Source of the DNA: a virus
Taxonomy: Duplodnaviria > Heunggongvirae > Uroviricota > Caudoviricetes
Length of the DNA stretch: 64,000 nt
Virus record (IMG/VR): IMGVR_UViG_3300031998_000020
Strand: one strand, 5' to 3'
Positions within the stretch are counted from its first letter, which is position 1. Each line of letters opens with the position of its first letter. Both the position numbers and the translations under genes were made by a program. This document shows, one piece after another, positions 57,426 through 64,000 of the stretch. Below the pieces are notes generated by a model that ran no database searches, was not told the origin of the DNA, and saw only the letters and a program-made list of their open reading frames with translations.

Positions 57426-58184
57426 ATGTCTAAAGAAAATTTCCCTAAAGAAAAAATGATATCAAGATTTGGAGCTTCCTTGGAATACAATGAGGTCACA
57501 ATTCTTGGTGAGGTAAAGGATATATTAGCAGAATATCCTTCACGTGTTATTGCTGAATTCACAGGTTTGGATGAGAACTATATTGACAGGATTCGAGCCA
57601 GGAGAGAGAAATTAAGCAACATAACTCTTGGAGATTTCTGTAAAATCAAGTCCATGAAGGCTGTTCCCGATTGGTATTGTCCAGAAATGTATAAGGACAA
57701 GGAATACGGGCCAGAGGTAAAAGAGGAAGACATAAAGCCAAGTACCAAGGAAACGCCAGAAGAGAATTGTGAGCAACCAAGGAATGATAAGGCAGTAAAC
57801 GGCAATACAGGTATTTTGGATGTTGCCAAAGTATATGCAGATGCAGCAGAAGAAGCCAAAATCAAGCTTTTCGGTAGAAAAATGCTGCCAAGTAGCATGA
57901 CTTTCGAAGAAATGAAGGAATGCCTGAAAGAAAACGGCTGGACAGATGAGTTCGACTTCGACGATGATGAAAAGAGTGACAGTATGAGACTGAGGGTTTT
58001 CCTATATAGAAAGCTGACTGAACTGACAAAGGAAATATACCAGGCAAGGAAGAATAAGCAAGAGAAAAAGGATACCCAGCCAAAACACAAGGACCAAAGT
58101 GACTATAAGAGCGAGTTAGCTGGTATACAGGAGCTTTTTGACAATCTGTTCGGTAAAGGAAACGTGTTTTTCAGTAAATTTTAA
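57426..58184 (+). CDS. Hypothetical protein with possible N-terminal HTH
   Basis: SRVIAEFTGLDENYIDRIRARREKLSNITLG is XRE-HTH-like; TATCTTTG at 57391; ATG 57426. Confidence 0.55.
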   Translation: MSKENFPKEKMISRFGASLEYNEVTILGEVKDILAEYPSRVIAEFTGLDENYIDRIRARREKLSNITLGDFCKIKSMKAVPDWYCPEMYKDKEYGPEVKEEDIKPSTKETPEENCEQPRNDKAVNGNTGILDVAKVYADAAEEAKIKLFGRKMLPSSMTFEEMKECLKENGWTDEFDFDDDEKSDSMRLRVFLYRKLTELTKEIYQARKNKQEKKDTQPKHKDQSDYKSELAGIQELFDNLFGKGNVFFSKF

Positions 58185-58187
58185 GTA

Positions 58188-59963
58188 ATGGAATATATCC
58201 CTTCCAAATATCAATTAGCGATATTTGATTTCGTCGAGAAAGACCACGGGAATGCTGTCATAGAGGCCGTGCCAGGGGCAGGTAAGACATACACCCTGAT
58301 ACAATGCCTCAAGCATATTCCCAAGAACGCCAAGGTATTGGTTGCTGCCTTCAACACAGACATCATAGGTGAGCTAAAAGGAAAGATAGCCAAACTGGAA
58401 GACAAGCCCAATATAGACTGTAGGACACTACACTCTCTGGGTTTGTCTATCCTTGTTTCCAACTATTACGACAAGATAGATACAACCCCATCCGACTATA
58501 AGTATAGCAATTATATAACAGCGTATCTTTCTGATTACAAGGAGGATGAGTACACACAGCTTTCCAAGAAAGAGAAGAAAGCATATGCTGAGAATATCAA
58601 GACATTTGTTGATTTCGGCAGGTACTACCTCTGTAAGACCGAAAAAGACCTCCAGAAGGTCCAAGACCAGTATTCCTTCGATTGCATCGGCAATGAGAAG
58701 AAAATAGCCCTAGAGGTCATGAAATGGGGCAAGGAGCATATAGAAATCATTGACTTCACTGATATGGTCTGGCTTCCTATAGTGCTCAACTGCAAGCCAT
58801 ACAACCATCTATATGACTGGATATTGGTGGATGAGGCACAGGACCTTGAGAAAGAGGAAAGGGTGCTGATTGAACTGTGTACCAAGATGCAAACCAGGAG
58901 GTTATTCTTCGGTGAAAAGAAACAGACCATCAACATATTCAAAGGTACTGACAACAAGACGTTTACGTCATTACAGGAAATACCCAATACCATTAAAATG
59001 CCTTTGTCCATTACATATAGGTGCCCAAAATCTGTTGTGCGTTTTCTTCATCGTTACAATCCACAGGTACAGGCAGCACCAAATGCTATTGAAGGTGTAG
59101 TAAAGTGGCATTGTGACATTAATGAGATTGAGGATGGGTCAATGGTGCTTTGCAGGGCTAATGCTCCGTTAATGGAGTTGTATGCCCAACTGTCTGACCT
59201 CGGCAAGACTGCCTTTATCAGAGGCAAAGACATAGGCAAGAATCTCATAAGCCTGATTGAGAACACACACGAAGAGAATCTGAACAAAGACCTGAAAGAT
59301 AAGGGTGTGTTTTCTGCTTTGTATGACCAGTTAATCAGCACTATTGACGAGGTGATGAGGAAGAATAGGATATCAGAGGAAATGGCAATAGAGGACTTGA
59401 ATGTGGCTCAGTTTTACGACAAGATAATGGCTCTTGAAGCCATCGTGGGAAATTGTACTACAGCCAAGGAAATGACCGACAAGATAGAGTCTCTTTTCTC
59501 AGATGAGGAAAAGACAGGTATCACATTGTCTACCGTACACAAAGCCAAAGGACTCGAAGCTGACAATGTGTATATATGCTGTCCGTCACTCTTACCTTCC
59601 AAGAATGCCAAATTGCCTTGGGAAATTGAATCAGAGGAAAATCTGTGCTATGTGGCATATTCAAGGCCTAAGAAGAAACTGTGTTTTCTCAATGAGGACA
59701 ACATGTCGAAATACTCCATGACATCACAGCAGAAGTTGAATGCCTTACAGCTAATCAAGGTTAAGATATTCTATTTGTATGGGGATGCAATAAGGTGTTC
59801 TGGAATCACACCAACTTTTGAGACTGCAAAAGTGATTATTGAGCATTCCACCAAGATTGAAGAGCTTAAGGAGAATGTTAAAACAGTTAACAATGTGGTA
59901 AATAACAGTTCTTTTTCATCATTCAAGAACTTTGGTTTGTCAAAAAAGAAGAAAAAATGTTAA
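58188..59963 (+). CDS. UvrD/Rep-like SF1 helicase
   Basis: AVPGAGKT, TLHSLG, LVDEAQD, LSITYRCP, LSTVHKAKGLE, YVAYSR. Confidence 0.9.
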   Translation: MEYIPSKYQLAIFDFVEKDHGNAVIEAVPGAGKTYTLIQCLKHIPKNAKVLVAAFNTDIIGELKGKIAKLEDKPNIDCRTLHSLGLSILVSNYYDKIDTTPSDYKYSNYITAYLSDYKEDEYTQLSKKEKKAYAENIKTFVDFGRYYLCKTEKDLQKVQDQYSFDCIGNEKKIALEVMKWGKEHIEIIDFTDMVWLPIVLNCKPYNHLYDWILVDEAQDLEKEERVLIELCTKMQTRRLFFGEKKQTINIFKGTDNKTFTSLQEIPNTIKMPLSITYRCPKSVVRFLHRYNPQVQAAPNAIEGVVKWHCDINEIEDGSMVLCRANAPLMELYAQLSDLGKTAFIRGKDIGKNLISLIENTHEENLNKDLKDKGVFSALYDQLISTIDEVMRKNRISEEMAIEDLNVAQFYDKIMALEAIVGNCTTAKEMTDKIESLFSDEEKTGITLSTVHKAKGLEADNVYICCPSLLPSKNAKLPWEIESEENLCYVAYSRPKKKLCFLNEDNMSKYSMTSQQKLNALQLIKVKIFYLYGDAIRCSGITPTFETAKVIIEHSTKIEELKENVKTVNNVVNNSSFSSFKNFGLSKKKKKC

Positions 59964-60009
59964 ATAGTGTAAAAACATTTGGATTTTAGAAATCTTTTTA
60001 TTATCTTTG
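59958..60009 (+). promoter_or_regulatory. Bacteroidota-type promoter with upstream TGTTAA box
   Basis: TGTTAA 59958-59963, TTTG 59978-59981, TATCTTTG 60002-60009. Confidence 0.7.
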
Positions 60010-60027
60010 CAACAAAATAGAAGTGAT

Positions 60028-60270
60028 ATGGAAATAAAGGAAACAAAGCACTCATGCTATGGCGATTGTGCAGGATGCGCATTTGATACGGGAGACCATT
60101 GTGGCTTGAGAGGTTTTATCTCTCAGGATAGATACCCCAGAGCCAAAGACACTTGCTCTGCAAGGAGTGAAAAAGCCCCAGAAGGTTATGAGCTTCAATC
60201 AGACGGGTATTTTTCCTGGGTTGAGCCAGCACCTGCTCCGCTAACATTGAGGGAAAAAATCAGATTTTAA
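60028..60270 (+). CDS. Small Cys-rich protein
   Basis: CYGDCAGCAF...HC; ATG 60028. Confidence 0.6.
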   Translation: MEIKETKHSCYGDCAGCAFDTGDHCGLRGFISQDRYPRAKDTCSARSEKAPEGYELQSDGYFSWVEPAPAPLTLREKIRF

Positions 60271-60271
60271 C

Positions 60272-60526
60272 ATGGTAAGAGCTGGTAGCGCATATGGCAA
60301 GAAGCCAAAGAAAAAGGTAGAAAAGGTAGTCAAGAAAAATGGACATTGTATAGAATGTGCCAAGGCTTACCTGATGCAAAGTGCCCCTCATAACCCCATA
60401 GTGGCTGAATGCGAAGTCAACCATCAAAGACAAGTCGCAGAGGTCAATATGTGCGGAATTGGCTGTTTTGAGGAGTTATCTGGTGCAACTGTCATACATA
60501 AGATGATTAAAGCAAAATTGTACTGA
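60272..60526 (+). CDS. Small Cys-rich protein
   Basis: HCIECAKAYLMQ...NPIVAEC...C. Confidence 0.6.
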   Translation: MVRAGSAYGKKPKKKVEKVVKKNGHCIECAKAYLMQSAPHNPIVAECEVNHQRQVAEVNMCGIGCFEELSGATVIHKMIKAKLY

Positions 60527-60530
60527 CAAA

Positions 60531-61064
60531 ATGAAAGAGAATTTTGATGACTTCATAGGGTATGAAATTGGTGTCCTTGATAAAAATTGCAAAGAGGTCA
60601 AAAAGATTACCATAGTAGATTATAAATACGTGGAATCCTCGGACACTACATTATTCATTGGTGATGATGGTGAGCTATATGGTGAATGGGACCTTAATTG
60701 GGTGTTCAGACTCACACCTGCTGCCGTTATGATGATGTGGCTTCTGGACAACAGAGAGGATATAATGAAGGTTTTGAATGACTTTGAATACATGTCAAGC
60801 GGAATCTTGTATTCATGGTTGGACATACTAAAAAAGCAGGGTATTATTGTTAGCAATGAAGACGATAAGGCTGATGCAAAGCCAAAGCCAGATTCGGTAG
60901 GAGATAAGCTATTATCCCAATGGTTGAAATTTAATTCTCACCAAGTGAGAACTATTCTCGTTGACGGGGATAACGTACTGTTTCACGAGAAAATTCTCAA
61001 TCAACTATTCAATGAACTAATGGGTTTGTTGGAAAAAAAAGAATATATTAAAAAGGAAGAATAA
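60531..61064 (+). CDS. Hypothetical protein
   Basis: 177-aa ORF in tight operon. Confidence 0.7.
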   Translation: MKENFDDFIGYEIGVLDKNCKEVKKITIVDYKYVESSDTTLFIGDDGELYGEWDLNWVFRLTPAAVMMMWLLDNREDIMKVLNDFEYMSSGILYSWLDILKKQGIIVSNEDDKADAKPKPDSVGDKLLSQWLKFNSHQVRTILVDGDNVLFHEKILNQLFNELMGLLEKKEYIKKEE

Positions 61065-61068
61065 AGAT

Positions 61069-61755
61069 ATGTCAAAAGGCAAATTTTACATAGATAGAAA
61101 AAGCATTATTGACGAGGCATACATTAGGTGTATGACTGAAATGTACGCCAAGGCACAGCCTTCTGCTGACTATAAAGAATTGATGGCCAAGAAGAAGACA
61201 GGGGAAATAGTGGATACAGACATTGACCCTATCTATCGAAGATATTATCTTTCACAAGAAGAGTATGAGTATATTCTAAACAAGTACATAGAGGCTTATA
61301 ATATGACAGTCCATTGGAAAGATAATATGGACCATGCTATTTCGTATCTGAGAGATGGTGGTTTGACCACTGCATACAAAGAGAATGCTTCTGGTGTTTC
61401 GTATAAAACGACCGAAAAGACTCCAAAGATAACGGATGTTATTGGTGAGGAACATGCAGGAGAGGTAATGAAATTGCTTGAACTCTGTAAGGACTTCTAT
61501 AAATTTGACAGAGAGAAAGATGACTTCTCTACTTCACTCGCCCTGTGGGGCTCACCAACATTCAATAAGGAGGGTGTCATTCGGTATTGGAAGGAGCATG
61601 GCCAGGATATAACCATTGAGGACAGAAATCCTGAAACATTCTGGTATAGGGATGCCTATGGTGATGGTTGGAAGGAAGTCTATGAATGGGAAATGGAGGA
61701 AGCGAAGAGATGGGAGGAAGAAGAAAAGGAATTTTTGAAAAAATGGAAGAAGTAA
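61069..61755 (+). CDS. Hypothetical protein
   Basis: 228-aa ORF in tight operon. Confidence 0.75.
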   Translation: MSKGKFYIDRKSIIDEAYIRCMTEMYAKAQPSADYKELMAKKKTGEIVDTDIDPIYRRYYLSQEEYEYILNKYIEAYNMTVHWKDNMDHAISYLRDGGLTTAYKENASGVSYKTTEKTPKITDVIGEEHAGEVMKLLELCKDFYKFDREKDDFSTSLALWGSPTFNKEGVIRYWKEHGQDITIEDRNPETFWYRDAYGDGWKEVYEWEMEEAKRWEEEEKEFLKKWKK

Positions 61756-62132
61756 AGAAATATACTGAAATTTTGAAGGAAGAAAGAAATCCGATGAAGA
61801 AATATTCTACCTATATCTCCAAGGATTTGGCAGATGAGCTTATTTCTATCGGATGCCCTATTAGAAAGGAGATGTTTCGTAGCCCTATTGGTGGCACTCA
61901 CAAGAATGCAGAGAATGCCGACCTGGATGGCTACGAGGAAAGGGCAAATTATATTCTTCCTACTTATGAGGAGGTTCTTAATTGGGTTGAGTCCGAATTT
62001 CATCAGTGGCTTATCCCTATCCTTCCTCATGTCAGATTGAAATCAAGGCTATCCTTTTATGATAGTCAAATACGTAAATTTATCAAAGAAATAAAAGATG
62101 GATACAAAACAGAAGGAGAGCCCCTGGTTTAA
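61743..62132 (+). CDS. Hypothetical protein
   Basis: Track 61686..62132; start uncertain (61743 or 61794). Confidence 0.55.
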   Translation: MEEVKKYTEILKEERNPMKKYSTYISKDLADELISIGCPIRKEMFRSPIGGTHKNAENADLDGYEERANYILPTYEEVLNWVESEFHQWLIPILPHVRLKSRLSFYDSQIRKFIKEIKDGYKTEGEPLV

Positions 62133-62754
62133 ACGTTTTGGCGATGGGTCAAATGTGTTCTTCACATCGGACACTCATTTCAGCCATGCCAACATATTGA
62201 AGTTCTGCGAACGTCCTTTCAAGACAATAGATGAAATGAACGAAGTCCTGATTGATAACTGGAACAAGGTTGTCAAGGAAGATGACATCGTGTTTCATTT
62301 GGGTGATTTTTGCTTTGGTGGTCCTCAGTTATGGGACAAATTCCTAGAGAGACTGAACGGCAAGAAGTACCTTATTTTGGGGAACCATGACATGCAGTAT
62401 GTAAGCAGAGACTCATTCCAGAAATACACAAAAAGGTTTTTCGAGGATGTTGCGCCACAGATGAACATTCTTATAGATGACTGGCATCTTTACCTGAATC
62501 ATTACCCATACTTGGCGTTTGGAGGGGCCTGGAACCCCAAACGTAAGGTCGGACAGGTATTTGGCCACGTACACTATTATAAAGGCTCAGAAGGGCTGGA
62601 TACGGCTCGTATGAAGTATCTCTTCCCTACCCAGATAGATGTCGGTGTTGATAACCATGACTATACTCCTGTGTCTTGGAAGAGGATTAAGGAAGAGTTC
62701 GAGAATAATATCAAGAATCATGTCAACATGGTTGGAGTCAAGAATAATTCATAG
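62098..62754 (+). CDS. Calcineurin-like metallophosphoesterase
   Basis: FTSDTHFSH, HLGDF, ILGNHD, NHYP, FGHVH. Confidence 0.9.
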   Translation: MDTKQKESPWFKRFGDGSNVFFTSDTHFSHANILKFCERPFKTIDEMNEVLIDNWNKVVKEDDIVFHLGDFCFGGPQLWDKFLERLNGKKYLILGNHDMQYVSRDSFQKYTKRFFEDVAPQMNILIDDWHLYLNHYPYLAFGGAWNPKRKVGQVFGHVHYYKGSEGLDTARMKYLFPTQIDVGVDNHDYTPVSWKRIKEEFENNIKNHVNMVGVKNNS

Positions 62755-62765
62755 GAGGACTTTAT

Positions 62766-63095
62766 ATGATTAAGAATGTAATTAAAATACCCGATTCTCC
62801 GTTACATCTGTTAACACATGATGTGGTAACTGCCTTAAAGAATACACTCAGAGATGAACTTGGTCGTAGATATGACATATATGGGGTATCAGTTCAACAG
62901 GATGAGAAAACTGGTATGGAAAGACTTGTCTACTACAACAGTTATTACGAAAAACAAGAGAATGTGTGTGATACAGACGGAAATGAAGTCATGGCAGAGA
63001 AAGGGGACCATCCGTTAATACAACTCTACAAAAGCATTCAGAATCTGGAAAAGTATGCCTATTATTCCGACAAACAACGGTCAAACAATATATAA
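62766..63095 (+). CDS. Hypothetical protein
   Basis: 109-aa ORF followed by terminator. Confidence 0.65.
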   Translation: MIKNVIKIPDSPLHLLTHDVVTALKNTLRDELGRRYDIYGVSVQQDEKTGMERLVYYNSYYEKQENVCDTDGNEVMAEKGDHPLIQLYKSIQNLEKYAYYSDKQRSNNI

Positions 63096-63125
63096 CATTT
63101 AAACGGATATGTAAATTTCAAGAAG

Positions 63126-63198
63126 GTGGTTGTCCGTGAGGATAGCCACTTTTTCTATGCACAAAAAAAGACTGCTAACGTTTTGGTTAACAGTCTTT
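63126..63198. terminator. Pair of terminators for convergent operons
   Basis: GTGGTTGTCC-GTGA-GGATAGCCAC plus T tract (plus strand); AAAAGACTG...CAGTCTTTT (minus strand). Confidence 0.65.
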
Positions 63199-63204
63199 TA
63201 ATCT

Positions 63205-63522
63205 TTAAGCCTTGTTCTCTGTGGTTTCTTCTTCGCCTCCGATTGGCTTTTTGAAGAATTCAATGATTTTGGTAATGAAATTAGTAACTGGCTTGAAGAA
63301 ATTGATAATCTTAACCTTGAAGATTTCGTATAGCATTACGACAAGGCAGAAGCCGTTACTTACCATCAACGGGACGTTGGATGTCATTGCACCATTGATA
63401 AACCAACAAAGGTTGCCAATACTAACAAGGTACTTTACCATATTGGCATTCTTGGCAAGCATACCTGCGCCACGAAAGAAAGTGGCAATCCAGGCGATAA
63501 TTTCAGCAATTACAGCAAACAT
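63205..63522 (-). CDS. YgjV-like inner-membrane protein
   Basis: Three TM segments; IGNLCWFINGAM...LMVSNGF pattern. Confidence 0.55.
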   Translation of the reverse strand: MFAVIAEIIAWIATFFRGAGMLAKNANMVKYLVSIGNLCWFINGAMTSNVPLMVSNGFCLVVMLYEIFKVKIINFFKPVTNFITKIIEFFKKPIGGEEETTENKA

Positions 63523-63544
63523 TGTGTAAGTTATTAAAAATCAA

Positions 63545-63805
63545 TTAGTTTTCGGTGAACATAACTCGATATGCATACCATGCGAGAACGGCTGCTGATA
63601 CAACCATGATAGCAATTGTCCAACCCAAAGGAAGCAATAATTCCCTATCAGGATTCTGAGGGTCTGGTACAAGCTGGATGATACCAAAAGCAACACCACT
63701 TGTGCCTAACACAGCAATAACCCATTTGATAACGTTCTTAACGTTTCGGCTGAGTTTACTCTTGATTTCGTTGAGTTTACTCTTGATTTTGTTAAAAAAT
63801 TCCAT
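63545..63805 (-). CDS. Two-TM membrane protein
   Basis: Basic N-terminus with 21-nt tandem duplication (KIKSKLN/EIKSKLS), two hydrophobic helices. Confidence 0.65.
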   Translation of the reverse strand: MEFFNKIKSKLNEIKSKLSRNVKNVIKWVIAVLGTSGVAFGIIQLVPDPQNPDRELLLPLGWTIAIMVVSAAVLAWYAYRVMFTEN

Positions 63806-63873
63806 AATTCAAAAAAGCATTAATATAATTATACTGCAAAAGTACTTATTTTTTTCCACGTGGAAAAGAAAAT

Positions 63874-63925
63874 TGTTAAAAAAAATAAAAATATTTGGCA
63901 TTTCGGAATTGTTTTATTATCTTTG
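63874..63925 (+). promoter_or_regulatory. Bacteroidota-type promoter with upstream TGTTAA box
   Basis: TGTTAA 63874-63879, TTTG 63894-63897, TATCTTTG 63918-63925. Confidence 0.7.
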
Positions 63926-63953
63926 CACCGTTATTATTTCAAATACGGTTATT

Positions 63954-64000
63954 ATGTCAAAAAGAAACGAATACACAAAAACAATTTGCATAGAGCTGTC
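63954..64000 (+). CDS. Start of a CDS running off the window
   Basis: ATG 63954 (MSKRNEYTKTICIEL...) downstream of the promoter. Confidence 0.5.
   Translation, partial: MSKRNEYTKTICIEL

Noticed and set aside
220-63529. Numerous short ORFs in the track overlapping longer genes on the opposite strand or another frame
   Set aside because: Treated as shadow ORFs: nested in well-supported CDSs with no motifs or expression signals.
63751-63789. 21-nt period direct repeat
   Set aside because: In-frame 7-aa duplication in a small membrane protein; no mobile-element context.
1-64000. Stop-codon reassignment (as in Lak or some crAss-like phages)
   Set aside because: Long ORFs (up to 2411 aa) tile the window in the standard code, and TAG (e.g. 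1460, 41224), TGA and TAA all end genes at sensible boundaries.
1-64000. tRNA or rRNA genes
   Set aside because: No cloverleaf or T-loop consensus found in intergenic gaps; the GGTTCGATTC near 45425 lies inside the KTSC CDS. A tRNAscan-SE run would be definitive.

Overview
This AT-rich, gene-dense 64 kb window comes from a large T4-like (jumbo or huge) tailed phage of a Bacteroidota host, probably Prevotella- or Bacteroides-like. The host call rests on repeated TTTG-N19/20-TAnnTTTG promoters, host-type lipoproteins and the CRISPR repeat termini. It uses the standard genetic code and I found no tRNA. Contents: tail-fibre and baseplate genes (including a 2411-aa modular fibre), a late sigma factor, glycosyltransferases, dut, thyA, phoH, ssb, a UvrD-like helicase, a ClpC-like ATPase and scattered lysis genes. 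Two accessory systems stand out. (1) A complete diversity-generating retroelement: CLec target 7561-8988, VR 8855-8970, TR 9540-9655 (20 mismatches, all at TR adenines), a non-Avd-looking accessory gene and an RT. (2) The best candidate for an undescribed system: a minimal CRISPR-Cas locus cas6-cas7-cas5-array-cas3 (50818-56974). It has an intact-looking HD/helicase Cas3 but no cas8, cas11, cas1, cas2 or cas4, and its Cas5 carries a helical insertion. Its array has class-2 geometry (36-nt repeats GTTGTT...GGTAATCACAAC, 29-30-nt spacers) resembling Bacteroidota type II-C/VI-B arrays. This suggests a class-1 effector that borrows host type II-C spacer acquisition. All family assignments come from motif reading by eye; no database searches were run.
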